DNA of 64,000 nucleotides, from positions 48,340 through 112,339 of the IMG/VR virus record IMGVR_UViG_3300022555_000024. One strand, 5' to 3'. The translations under genes and the position numbers were made by a program. The notes beneath the pieces were generated by a model. It was not told the origin of the DNA, did not search any database, and was given only the letters and a program-made list of their open reading frames with translations. This DNA is from a virus. Positions 18,586 to 28,766 of the stretch are shown piece after piece (positions within the stretch are counted from its first letter, which is position 1; every line of letters starts with the position of its first letter).

Positions 18586-20844
18586 ATGTCTATAGCACTT
18601 AGAGAAACAAAATCACTATTGGCTAAACTTTTGGCTGGTGAGAATATTTCTATTGAACATCGTAAAGTTCGTACTGCAGCATTTGATGTTAAAAACCGCG
18701 TATTGATTCTTCCCATTTACAAAAAAGATATTGAACCATCAGTGTATGATGTGTTTGTTGCACATGAAGTTGGTCATGCTCTTTTCACTCCTTTAGACGA
18801 GAATATAGTAAAAAATAGAGCGCTATTTCAGTATGTTAATATGGTAGAAGACATCAGAATAGAAAAACTTATGAAAAATAAGTACGAAGGTCTTACTAAA
18901 GCGTTTTTTAAAGGATATTCGTACTTGGCCGCAGATGATTTTTTTGGTATAGCCAACGAAGATATTTCAACATTGAGTCTTTTTGATAGACTCAATCTTC
19001 ATTCGAAAATTTCTACACCTGGTTATTTTAATGAAATAGAACAGGGTTTTGCTGATCGTTCTAAAAAACTTCTTACTTTTTCTGAAGTTGTTCAATTAGC
19101 AAAGGAAATTAAGGAATATGATAATAGACCAGACGAAAAAGAATCAGATGATTCTGAGTCAGAGGTTACTGAAGTAGAAAATGGAGAAGATGGCGAAAAT
19201 ACTAATGGTTCTAAGGATAAAAACAAAGATAAGAAGAAATCTGACAAAAAGGAAAAGTCCGAAGAAGGAGACAGTGAAGGTGAAGGAGACAGTGAAGGTG
19301 AAGGAGACAGTGAAGGAGACGACGAAGGCGATAGCGAAGGCGATAGCGAAGGTGACGACGAAGGAGACGACGAAGGCGATAGCGAAGGAGACGACGACGA
19401 TTCTGGAAAAACATCAAATAGAAAACCACGAAATAGAGAAAGAGTTACTGCAGACAATGCAAAGAATAAATTGAACGATTTTATTGATAACAATGCTACA
19501 GAATTAAAATATGTAAAAATTTCGAATTTTAATATAACTTCATTCATAGACAGTCATGATGAAATTCTAAATGAACTGAATAAAGTTTTTGAAGAAACTC
19601 CTCTTAATATAGATAATTTTGCTCTGTTTAAAACGCAAAATCAGAATGTAGTTAATTATCTTCATAAAGAATTTGAAATGAAGAAAAATGCAGAACAGTA
19701 TAAGAGAGAACAATTTGCTACATCAGGTTCTATTGACTGTAATTTGGTGCATAAATATAAATATGATGATAATATATTCAAAAGAATAGCAACAGTTCCT
19801 AATGGAAAATCTCACGGTCTTGTTATGCTATTGGATTTTTCTGGATCTATGTCTCATATAATCTCAGATACCATAAAACAAATCATCACTTTGGTATTAT
19901 TTTGTAAGAGAGCTGGAATTGCATTCGAGGTATACGCATTTAGAGATAGTAGCGATACCCTAAACGAATTTGATAAATATCAAAATCTTAAGGAAAATGA
20001 AGTTGTTTTGTGCTCAGGGTTTAAACTTTTAAATTTTATTTCAAGTAAACAAAGTGGACTAAAATTTACACAAGCACTTGCTAATCTATGGAGAATTGGA
20101 TTAATTGTAGGAAGAGAAGCTTGGGCTTGGCAGCAAGATAATTTTAAAAGTAAAGTTAGAATTTCTGGAAAATATACTCTTTCTGGAACACCTTTAAACT
20201 CTGCTTTAATAGCAAGCCCGAAATTGATAGAAAAATTTCGTCATGATCATAAATCACAGGTTGTTCATTTGGTAGTTCTTACAGATGGTCAAGCTACAGA
20301 TGATATGAGAGTTGTGAAAGGATTACCCGGCAGTTATTATGGTTCAAAGTATACAACGTCATACATTTCAAACGCTATTATTAAACATGGGCATAAAAAC
20401 TATCCTACATTAATAGAAATGCCGCATGGTAATAGAGACAGTAGAGACTCTATTACTAATGCCTTAATATTATACGTAAAAGAAATTTCTAATGTTAGAG
20501 TTGTTGGTTTTTCTCTAATATCAAGATTGAGTGAATTTTCCAGCGTTCATTCATATTCTAAAATAGAAAGTAGCAATAACTATTACGAAGAGCATCAGAA
20601 ATTGTCTAAAGATGGAAGTATAGCACTTACGGGATGCGCGTATAATGAATTATATGTTATTAGAACTGATAAAAGTAATTTTAGTTTTGATACTGAAAGC
20701 CCAAATTTTACACCAAATAACATGAAAGATGCAATTAAAGATGTAAAAGGAATGTTTTCGAGACAAGCGAATTCAATAAAGAAGCAGAGAGTTGTTTTAA
20801 ATAAATTTATTACAATGATCTCCAATCCTATTCTAAACTTTTAA
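18586..20844 (+). CDS. CobT-like metallopeptidase-vWA protein, partner of the AAA ATPase
   Basis: HEVGH, acidic linker, DFSGSM MIDAS, GTPL, LTDG. Confidence 0.85.
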   Translation: MSIALRETKSLLAKLLAGENISIEHRKVRTAAFDVKNRVLILPIYKKDIEPSVYDVFVAHEVGHALFTPLDENIVKNRALFQYVNMVEDIRIEKLMKNKYEGLTKAFFKGYSYLAADDFFGIANEDISTLSLFDRLNLHSKISTPGYFNEIEQGFADRSKKLLTFSEVVQLAKEIKEYDNRPDEKESDDSESEVTEVENGEDGENTNGSKDKNKDKKKSDKKEKSEEGDSEGEGDSEGEGDSEGDDEGDSEGDSEGDDEGDDEGDSEGDDDDSGKTSNRKPRNRERVTADNAKNKLNDFIDNNATELKYVKISNFNITSFIDSHDEILNELNKVFEETPLNIDNFALFKTQNQNVVNYLHKEFEMKKNAEQYKREQFATSGSIDCNLVHKYKYDDNIFKRIATVPNGKSHGLVMLLDFSGSMSHIISDTIKQIITLVLFCKRAGIAFEVYAFRDSSDTLNEFDKYQNLKENEVVLCSGFKLLNFISSKQSGLKFTQALANLWRIGLIVGREAWAWQQDNFKSKVRISGKYTLSGTPLNSALIASPKLIEKFRHDHKSQVVHLVVLTDGQATDDMRVVKGLPGSYYGSKYTTSYISNAIIKHGHKNYPTLIEMPHGNRDSRDSITNALILYVKEISNVRVVGFSLISRLSEFSSVHSYSKIESSNNYYEEHQKLSKDGSIALTGCAYNELYVIRTDKSNFSFDTESPNFTPNNMKDAIKDVKGMFSRQANSIKKQRVVLNKFITMISNPILNF
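19266..19400 (+). repeat. acidic coding repeat (GDSEGE/GDDEG)n
   Basis: ggagacagtgaaggtgaa and related tandem units. Confidence 0.8.
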
Positions 20845-21576
20845 AAAAGGAGTATGTGATAAATCCATTTTACGAATTCACCTTAACAACTACAGGTGCC
20901 CCTCTCTTTATAGATGTAACTCAGATAGGGGCATTTTATCGTTATATTCCATCTCAAATCCCTGAGGATGAAGATGATGTAGAAACTACAATAGTAAGGA
21001 TAGATGAAGAATGTTCATGGTCTATAGTAGAATCTCCAAAATACATAAACGATTGTATTAATGAATTAATAACAGCAAACAATTACGGTTTTAAAAACGA
21101 TTAAAAACAAATAAAACAAAATGGTATCATTATTTTATAATCAGGATTATAAGGTTACGTGGTGGTCTACAACTCCGCTAGGTGAATTTAGACTCGTTTG
21201 TTGGAGTGGAATATGGAATATATTCTTAAATAAAGTTTTTTTTGATGATGCTTACTCTTTTAATGAGGGTTTGGCTAAAATAGAAGCCCACATTAAAGAA
21301 AATTGTCCCAGAGAAAATGTTGAACAATGACATTATCAGAATGCAAACATGGCCAATGGTATGAAATTGTAGATGGATTAGGTTTTATAAAAAATGAAAC
21401 TACCATCTTATATGAATATTTACGAGAAGATAATACTCATTTTGTTGTAGGGGAAAGCCCCTATGATGAAATGGGAATTGTTGTTTCTATGGAAAACGCA
21501 AAGAAAATAATCGTTTCAGAACTCTTCTTTTAAAGTCACGCTTTTATTTTTGATTTATTTTTCTATATTAATGTAT

Positions 21577-22011
21577 ATGGAAAATAAATCAAAAGTTGGA
21601 AAAATTGGTGAACTCTTGTGGATTAGAGAATTTGGTGGAAAGCAATTAGATGATGCTTTTGATCAAGAATGTGATGTTTTTTTGGATGACAAAAAAATAG
21701 AAATTAAAACACAAGTTAGATTTTACAAAGAAAATGCCTTCACTGTAGATAAAAATCAACTTCAAAAATGCCTAGGCTGGCCAAATCTTAAAAAGGGATT
21801 CGGTGCTCAGTTTCTACATTTCGTTGAATACGATTTGTGCACTCCTATTATTACATTTTGGGAATGTTCAGATAGATTCGATTATAGGGAATTAAGTAAT
21901 GGGAGAATAGCTTGGGATATTAGTAAAATGACAAAAATCAAGGAAATACAAGATGTCGAATCATCAATGCAGTTGCAACAAAACACGAGCTCAAGATATA
22001 GAGCAAACTGA
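21577..22011 (+). CDS. PD-(D/E)xK nuclease-like protein
   Basis: GKIGE...CDV...IEIKT. Confidence 0.5.
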   Translation: MENKSKVGKIGELLWIREFGGKQLDDAFDQECDVFLDDKKIEIKTQVRFYKENAFTVDKNQLQKCLGWPNLKKGFGAQFLHFVEYDLCTPIITFWECSDRFDYRELSNGRIAWDISKMTKIKEIQDVESSMQLQQNTSSRYRAN

Positions 22012-22339
22012 ATCTATTAAAGTACTTTTAGAAGCTTTAGATATTCAGCGTAAAAAATCTACAGATTATCAAAATCCAAATTCTAGTATACATCAAGCAG
22101 ATTATTATCCCAGAGGAGTATCTTCCATATTAGATATAATTCAAGGTAAAGCACTTCGCATCAGATCTGTTATAGAAGCTATGGAAAATGATGTTAATTA
22201 TACTCCAAATTTCGAGTCTATAGAAGATTCATGTATAGATTTAATAAATTATGCATCTTTTGCGGTATCTTATTGTAGAGGAAAAATGGATGGTCAGAAA
22301 GCTGACAAAGATTTTTTGAATAGAAAAATAAAAAAATAA
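21953..22339 (+). CDS. nucleotide-modification-associated domain 1 (DUF1599/MazG-like) protein
   Basis: KKSTDY...DYYPRG...SIEDSCIDLINYASF; adjacent to gp42-like gene. Confidence 0.7.
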   Translation: MSNHQCSCNKTRAQDIEQTESIKVLLEALDIQRKKSTDYQNPNSSIHQADYYPRGVSSILDIIQGKALRIRSVIEAMENDVNYTPNFESIEDSCIDLINYASFAVSYCRGKMDGQKADKDFLNRKIKK

Positions 22340-22343
22340 AAAA

Positions 22344-22994
22344 ATGATTTCTACAATAGATAAAATACGCGATGAGTTTCGTATTAAATTATTATCTGGA
22401 ACATTTGTTATAGACAAAACCGGGGTAAAAACAGTAGATATTATAGGTGCAAAATTTTTAGCTAATGAACCGTTTATTTTTGGTACACCAAATCAAGATT
22501 ATATAAGAAGAGAATTAGCATGGTATGAATCTCAGAGCAGAAATGTTTATGATATTGAAGAACCAGTACCATTAATTTGGAAAAAATGTGCAAGCCCGGA
22601 AGGTCTTATTAATTCTAACTATGGTTGGTGTATTTATTCTAAAGAAAATGGATCACAATATGATAACGTTTTAAAGGAACTTCGGCAAAATTCTGAATCT
22701 AGACGGGGCCAGATGATATATACGAGACCCAGTATGCATTCCGATTTTAATACAGATGGAATGTCTGATTTTATGTGTTGTAGCAACACAACTCATTTTA
22801 TAAGATCGGGAGAATTAGAAACAACTGTAAATTTTAGAAGTCAGGATGCTGTATTCGGTTATAATAATGACTATGCATTTATGAAATATGTTCACGATAA
22901 ATTGGCTAATGATTTAAATATAAGACCTGGAAATATTCATTGGTTTGCATCTTCACTCCACATTTATGAACGACACTTTAAATTTATAAAATGA
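22344..22994 (+). CDS. 42: dCMP hydroxymethylase (T4 gp42-like, thymidylate synthase fold)
   Basis: NSNYGW, IYTRPSMH, DFMC catalytic Cys, RSQDAVFGYNNDY with Asp at the dCMP-specificity position, SLHIYERHF. Confidence 0.85.
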   Translation: MISTIDKIRDEFRIKLLSGTFVIDKTGVKTVDIIGAKFLANEPFIFGTPNQDYIRRELAWYESQSRNVYDIEEPVPLIWKKCASPEGLINSNYGWCIYSKENGSQYDNVLKELRQNSESRRGQMIYTRPSMHSDFNTDGMSDFMCCSNTTHFIRSGELETTVNFRSQDAVFGYNNDYAFMKYVHDKLANDLNIRPGNIHWFASSLHIYERHFKFIK

Positions 22995-23440
22995 CAGAAA
23001 AAGAACTTTATTGGGCAAAAAGATACTTAGGAATAGCTAAAGAAGTGTCAACGTGGTCAAAGGATCCATCAACAAAAGTTGGTGCTGTTGCTGTTGGTTC
23101 AAAGGGCCAAATATTATCTCAGGGTTTTAATGGTTTTGCTCGGGGTATTAAAGATACCACCGAAAGATTAAATAACAGAGAAATGAAATATTCTCTGATG
23201 GTTCATGCAGAAATGAATACTATTTATAATGCAACTTATAATGGAGTATCTCTCGATGGAGCTTCTCTATACGTTTATGGTCTTCCTGTATGTAGTGAAT
23301 GTGCAAAGGGAATTATACAGGTTGGGATACGTTCTGTTTATATGAACATAGAATCAGAATGGCCTGAAAAATGGAAAGATTCTTGGGAATTTACCAAGAC
23401 AGTATTTACAGAATGTGGTGTTAAATTTTATTTAATATGA
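22991..23440 (+). CDS. cd: dCMP deaminase
   Basis: SKDPSTKVGA, HAEMN, PVCSECAK. Confidence 0.9.
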   Translation: MTEKELYWAKRYLGIAKEVSTWSKDPSTKVGAVAVGSKGQILSQGFNGFARGIKDTTERLNNREMKYSLMVHAEMNTIYNATYNGVSLDGASLYVYGLPVCSECAKGIIQVGIRSVYMNIESEWPEKWKDSWEFTKTVFTECGVKFYLI

Positions 23441-24540
23441 AAATAGCTGTTATTAAGTTAGGGGCACGGTTAGTATTTGGCGATAAGGTTGGTTCTAGTG
23501 GCGGCAGTGGTGAAGCTCAATCATTGGTAAATATGTTATCAGAAGCTGGAGCAGAAGTTCATTGTTTTACAAAGATACTTAAGGATGATTATATACCAAA
23601 TGATATTAATATACATCAAATAGAAGAAGAATATTCAACAGTGAACACTTATGATATACTTATTGTTATAAACGGAACTGTGAACTTTTTTGGAGGTGTT
23701 GCTGATAATTCACAGATTTTAAATTATCATATGATAAACAATTTTTCTAAGAAAGTTATATACATTCATTGTGATCCCAATCTTCCTTTGAAACAACTTT
23801 GGCCTTCTATAAAGAATAGAACATGGGCTTCTGATTGGAAAGAATCTGATATAGTTATTGTTAAGAAAATAGATGTAGTTACTCAATCAACAAACATAAC
23901 AAAAGTACTGACAGCATTTAAGGACATACATATAGATAAGATTTTTCAATACGATTTCCAGAAATTTCCTATGATGTTTGTAAAACCACAAATATCAGAA
24001 GAAAGAATTTATACATCTGACTTATCTTATGGCGGAACATTTAGAGCAGGCCGCAGAGAAAAGAAATTAATAGAATTTTACTTTGGGTATCCCGAAGATT
24101 TAAAAGTAGAATTGTTTGGGAAAATTAAAGAAGAAAAATTTAACCCCCAAAAAGTAGGAACTCTTAGATCTCCAAACTTTTCTGGCCCAGTTGATTACAA
24201 TAAAATGCTTCATAAAATGTCAGAATCCAAAGCACATGTTGCTATAGGGGATGGACATTACCCAGAGTTTGGGATGATTTCTCAGAGAGTATATGAGTCA
24301 ATCATGTCTGATTGCGTTACGTTTATAGATATAGATTTTGATAGAAATAAAAGAGTTTTTGGAGACACTGAATTAGGTAAATTTCTTTATGTAACAAATA
24401 GAGATCAAGTTTATAAAAGGTTAAAAATGTTAACTAATTCTGAGCTAAATACTATAATAAAATTACAACATAAAATAGTAGATTTTAATAGAGATACATA
24501 TTGCTCCGATTTTTATAAACTAATTCAAAATTTAGCATGA
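23437..24540 (+). CDS. DNA beta-glucosyltransferase-like enzyme
   Basis: MKIAVI, YDILIVINGTVNFFGG, LPLKQLWPSIKNRTWA, YGGTFRAGRREKK, RVYESIMSD..FID.DFD; collinear with T4 Bgt as recalled. Confidence 0.85.
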   Translation: MKIAVIKLGARLVFGDKVGSSGGSGEAQSLVNMLSEAGAEVHCFTKILKDDYIPNDINIHQIEEEYSTVNTYDILIVINGTVNFFGGVADNSQILNYHMINNFSKKVIYIHCDPNLPLKQLWPSIKNRTWASDWKESDIVIVKKIDVVTQSTNITKVLTAFKDIHIDKIFQYDFQKFPMMFVKPQISEERIYTSDLSYGGTFRAGRREKKLIEFYFGYPEDLKVELFGKIKEEKFNPQKVGTLRSPNFSGPVDYNKMLHKMSESKAHVAIGDGHYPEFGMISQRVYESIMSDCVTFIDIDFDRNKRVFGDTELGKFLYVTNRDQVYKRLKMLTNSELNTIIKLQHKIVDFNRDTYCSDFYKLIQNLA

Positions 24541-25343
24541 CACAAATAAAAGATACATTCGATGATTCATCATCCATGTTTTTTAATAATAATTATTTTG
24601 GGAATGCAAAGTTTTCCAACGGGTGGCACATGTCGTTTGCCTTTAGATATACTACAACATGTACAGAAATTTTAAGAGTAAAGAGAGAAAATCAACAAGA
24701 CTCACTAAAAATATTAGATATTGGGTGTGGTAACAAGACATTTTACAGATTTTGGATGTGCAATTTTGACTCCCATTGTAGACCTAGAATTAATTATGTC
24801 GGTTTAGAGTACCTTAAGGATGTTGTGGAAGAAGCAAATAAGACCTCCAGCGAGACTTTTGCCAATTCAAATGAAGTAATTCAATATGATTTGAATACAC
24901 AATCACTGCATGACATAGGAAAATTTGAAAAATATGATGTTATACTTTTACAGGAAATTCTAGAACATGTTACAGAAGAAACTGGTAAATCTCTTTTAAA
25001 AGAAGCAAAAGAAATTTTATCAGATCGAGGTTTCATAATTGTTTCGTCTCCTAATCCAAAAAAATCTCAAGGACAAGAATTTGTCTGGCCGGAAAATCAT
25101 ATTCAGGAGTTTACTTTAGACGAAATGAAAGCTATGATTCAGGAAGCAGGATTTTCTATTAAACGTGTGAATGGTTGGTTGGGTAAAGCTAAATATTTTA
25201 AGAAATTGCTAGATAAAGAAACTTTAGATTTGTATAATAATGTTAAAGATGTATCTCAAGGTTTAGCTGCTAGTATTATAGCATTCATGAAACCAGAGAT
25301 AGCTGAATGCTATATTATAGTTGCCGAAAACAATAAAAAATAA
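24537..25343 (+). CDS. class I SAM-dependent methyltransferase
   Basis: ILDIGCG, YDVILLQEILEHV, SSPN, H..EFT. Confidence 0.85.
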   Translation: MTQIKDTFDDSSSMFFNNNYFGNAKFSNGWHMSFAFRYTTTCTEILRVKRENQQDSLKILDIGCGNKTFYRFWMCNFDSHCRPRINYVGLEYLKDVVEEANKTSSETFANSNEVIQYDLNTQSLHDIGKFEKYDVILLQEILEHVTEETGKSLLKEAKEILSDRGFIIVSSPNPKKSQGQEFVWPENHIQEFTLDEMKAMIQEAGFSIKRVNGWLGKAKYFKKLLDKETLDLYNNVKDVSQGLAASIIAFMKPEIAECYIIVAENNKK

Positions 25344-25347
25344 TAGT

Positions 25348-25753
25348 ATGCAAAAATACGTTTTGGGTTTTATATTTGATACTGGATTGGAACACGTAGT
25401 ATTAATAGAAAAAAAACAGACCTGATTGGCAAAAAGGAAAACTCAACGGAATAGGAGGTAAGATAGAATATAATGAATCTCCTTTAGATGCTATGATAAG
25501 AGAAGCACATGAAGAAACAAACGTAACGTCGGATCTTTGGCTTTACGTTGCTACTTTATATTTTACAGAATGCGAATTGCATGTATTTGCTGTAAGTGGA
25601 TTGGAGTATTATCAAGCAATTTCGATGACCGATGAAAAAATCCAAAAGTTAAGAATAAAAGATCTTGGTATTACTACTATTAAACCAATAGAAAATGTTC
25701 CATCATTGATAACTTTAGCTAAACAATCTTTAATAACAGAATTTTATACATAA
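25348..25753 (+). CDS. Nudix hydrolase, apparent extra A in A8 run at 25409-25416
   Basis: Removing one A gives MQKYVLGF...RPDWQKGKLNGIGGKIEYNESPLDAMIREAHEET (Nudix box). Confidence 0.8.
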
Positions 25754-25756
25754 AAT

Positions 25757-27538
25757 ATGAAAATTGTAATATTCTCTGGTGGCACCGGATCTGTTGGTTT
25801 ACAACGAGGACTTTATAAAGTTTTTGGTCCTGATTGTTTAGATTATTCTGTTATAATTAATTGTTATGATAATGGAAAAAGTACTGGTACTTGCCGCCAA
25901 GTTTTTGACGGAAAAATATTAGGACCATCAGACTTAAGAAAAAATCAACTTCTTAGACACGAATTATCTCATGGTAATAATAAGCTTTTAGAATTTTTAG
26001 AACAACGTCTTACTTTTTCTTATTCTGATATAGAAGATGCGATAACTGATCAGTTGGTAGATTTATTAGACAAAAATGATGAGCATGAACTCGATTTGTA
26101 TTCTATTTGTATGGAAGGAACCCAACTTTTTTTTAACTCAGAAAATGCTACTAATGTAGAGTATAAAGACTTTTCTGTAGCTAATATAATATATTCGGGT
26201 TTAGCATCAAAGTATGGTATGAACGGAGCAGCGAAACAAATGTCTAGAGTTCTTGGAATATATCCGGACGATGTTATTTGCAACGATGATACCTCACTCT
26301 TTTTACAAGCCAAAACCAAATCGGGTCATATAATATCAGATGAAGGAGATTTGGTAGAATGGAATAATGCGGAAGATAAAATAACAGAATGTTTTTTGTT
26401 AGATGTAGATGGAAATCAAGCAACACCAATCTTAACAACTGAATGTAAAGATTTAATAGACAATGCAGATGTTTTAATATTTTCATCAGGAACTCAATGG
26501 TCTTCTCTTATCCCAACTTATATGTCTATAGGATTTACAGAAGCTATATCTAAGAGTAAAGCTAAGAAATATGTAGTTTTAAATACGTCTCAGGATAAAG
26601 ATATTAAAGGCCTGTCTGGTTTAGAACTTCTTGATCTAATAACAACTCATCTTAAAGTTGATACCAAGACACTTATCCCAGTTATTTCTAGTAATGCATC
26701 TGATGATATTTTAATAACACCCGATCAAGTAGAACAAGTAAAACAAAAATTTGCAGATGTTGTTTATTCCGAAATGAGTGAAGGGAATAAACACAATCCA
26801 AATAAACTAGTTCTTTCTATATTTGGGAATTATTTTGGAATTAAAACTATTTTAGATAGAAATAATTTAGTCTTTGATTTAGATGACACTGTAATAGCAA
26901 GAAATCTAAATTTTGAGTGGATTTCGAGAGAAAATTGTGCAATGTTTGACTTTATTAACAGATCAAACAAACTTTCTTTGTTTATCTGTACAGGAAACGA
27001 TGTTAGCAAATTGAAAGGACATTTCGAAACATCTATAAACACCTTTGCGGATGGCGGCGTTAATGAATATCTAGTATCTAAAGAAAACATAACATTTATA
27101 AAGCATTTAGATAATGATATGCTTATCGAAAAATCCACAATGGAAACTCTTATAGAACTCTTAGATGTTCATGGAATACCAAAGCGTATGATACAGAATA
27201 GAAACAATTCTATTTTATCTATTAGACCTATATTACCTGAATATAGATATTCAATTTTTAATTTAATTTTCTATATTCTAATAATAAATAATTTGAATGA
27301 TAGGATAGAAGTAAAAATGACAGGAAATAGTACGGTAGAATTGTCTACCATATCGTTATCTAAAACTGTTATTATGAACACTATATTTAAGGATAAGGAA
27401 ATTTCTTACGTTGGGGACGAGCCTATTGGAAACGATAAGGATATGTTTTCTAATCCAAAAATTCATGGAATAAAAGTTAAGGGAGCTTTTGACACAAATA
27501 TGTTATTAAAAATATTATGCATTCACTCATTATCGTAG
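25757..27538 (+). CDS. CofD/YvcK (UPF0052)-like domain fused to HAD phosphatase
   Basis: N-term FSGGTG, DNGKSTG, GPSDLRK, ADVLIFSSGTQWSSLIP; C-term FDLDDT, CTGN, YVGD...GND. Confidence 0.8.
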   Translation: MKIVIFSGGTGSVGLQRGLYKVFGPDCLDYSVIINCYDNGKSTGTCRQVFDGKILGPSDLRKNQLLRHELSHGNNKLLEFLEQRLTFSYSDIEDAITDQLVDLLDKNDEHELDLYSICMEGTQLFFNSENATNVEYKDFSVANIIYSGLASKYGMNGAAKQMSRVLGIYPDDVICNDDTSLFLQAKTKSGHIISDEGDLVEWNNAEDKITECFLLDVDGNQATPILTTECKDLIDNADVLIFSSGTQWSSLIPTYMSIGFTEAISKSKAKKYVVLNTSQDKDIKGLSGLELLDLITTHLKVDTKTLIPVISSNASDDILITPDQVEQVKQKFADVVYSEMSEGNKHNPNKLVLSIFGNYFGIKTILDRNNLVFDLDDTVIARNLNFEWISRENCAMFDFINRSNKLSLFICTGNDVSKLKGHFETSINTFADGGVNEYLVSKENITFIKHLDNDMLIEKSTMETLIELLDVHGIPKRMIQNRNNSILSIRPILPEYRYSIFNLIFYILIINNLNDRIEVKMTGNSTVELSTISLSKTVIMNTIFKDKEISYVGDEPIGNDKDMFSNPKIHGIKVKGAFDTNMLLKILCIHSLS

Positions 27539-28254
27539 CAGCTGGAAATGGTAGTAGGATGGGCAGTATTCCCATTCCTAAGGCTTTATTTCCAATTAAT
27601 GGAAAACCAAATATAGAATGGATTATAGAAAGTGCTAGAGGTTATTTTGATGATATTATTATTGTAGCAAGAAATGGGTTTGGATTTCATTTTAACTATT
27701 TAAAAAATTCAAAAGAAACTCCAATAAGTATTCTAGAAATAAGTTCAGGATTAGGTGACGGCCATGCAGTTCTTTCTACTCTTCAAATTCTAAAGGATCA
27801 AGGGAAATTGGATGAAAGAATAATAACAATAATATGGGGAGATTTATATTGTCCTACTTCTATACTTTTTGTCGAATTAAAATCTCACATTTCAAATATA
27901 TCTAGACAGCCAATAATAGTTCCTGTAGCATACGAGAAAGATCCATATGTACATTTTTCTATAGATCCTGATGGAAAAATACGAGCAGCAAATTTTAGTA
28001 AATTTGGAGAAATTATAACAGAAGGTCTTCATGATCAATCAGTATTTATGGGCAGTGCGAGAGTGTTTCTTAAATTTTTAACAGATTTGCATAATTCTTT
28101 ATGGAAAGATGGCAAATATGTATCAAATTCGGGTGAACTCAACATGCTTCATATCTTCCATCTTATGTATAACGTAGGTTCTCCAGCCATAGTTCATATA
28201 ACAGAAAATATTTTATCATCCTATAACTCGGTCAAGGAGGCCGAAAAAATATGA
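27517..28254 (+). CDS. sugar-phosphate nucleotidyltransferase (NTP_transferase)
   Basis: IIVAAGNGSRMG...PKAL, GDGHAV, IWGD. Confidence 0.85.
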   Translation: MHSLIIVAAGNGSRMGSIPIPKALFPINGKPNIEWIIESARGYFDDIIIVARNGFGFHFNYLKNSKETPISILEISSGLGDGHAVLSTLQILKDQGKLDERIITIIWGDLYCPTSILFVELKSHISNISRQPIIVPVAYEKDPYVHFSIDPDGKIRAANFSKFGEIITEGLHDQSVFMGSARVFLKFLTDLHNSLWKDGKYVSNSGELNMLHIFHLMYNVGSPAIVHITENILSSYNSVKEAEKI

Positions 28255-28703
28255 CACCTCAATTGAAATTTTGTAAAGTAGCAGATGTAAAATCACCAAC
28301 AAGAGCACATAGTACAGATGCGGGAATTGATTTTTTTGTACCAAATGATTTTATAGAAACCTTATTAAAACCTGGTTGTTCTATTCTTATTCCATCTGGA
28401 ATTAAGGTCGATGTACCTATTGGGTGGGCTTTAGTATTCTTTAATAAATCTGGTGTTGCCGTTAAGAAGAATCTTTTGGTAGGAGCGGAAGTTGTAGATT
28501 CTGGATATGAGGGTCAAGTACACATACATCTTATCAACGTGGGTACAGGAATTACTACAATATCATCAGGAGAAAAGATAATTCAAGGTATTATGTTACC
28601 TATAGGTTCTCACTTTCCCATTGAAACTTTAGAAGAAGATATGTGGAAGGATTCTAAATCTGATAGAGCAGAAGGCGGTTTTGGTTCTTCTGGTGTAAAA
28701 TAA
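28251..28703 (+). CDS. dut: trimeric dUTPase
   Basis: AGIDF, KSG, VVDSGYEG, R.EGGFGSSG. Confidence 0.92.
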   Translation: MTPQLKFCKVADVKSPTRAHSTDAGIDFFVPNDFIETLLKPGCSILIPSGIKVDVPIGWALVFFNKSGVAVKKNLLVGAEVVDSGYEGQVHIHLINVGTGITTISSGEKIIQGIMLPIGSHFPIETLEEDMWKDSKSDRAEGGFGSSGVK

Positions 28704-28704
28704 A

Positions 28705-28734
28705 GTTTCATAGTTAATGGAAAATGATTATATT
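28705..28734 (+). promoter_or_regulatory. putative early promoter
   Basis: GTTTCATAGTTA...TATATT copy. Confidence 0.7.
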
Positions 28735-28766
28735 GTACTATAAGAAAAATAAACGATGAAAAATAG

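Noticed and set aside
19092-19547. Ser/Pro-rich antisense and Lys/Thr-rich alternative-frame ORFs
   Set aside because: Shadows of the acidic linker repeat in the vWA protein
22344-22994. Ordinary thymidylate synthase ThyA
   Set aside because: Asp rather than Asn at the specificity position, gp42-like motifs, and a Bgt-like neighbour favour a dCMP-modifying enzyme
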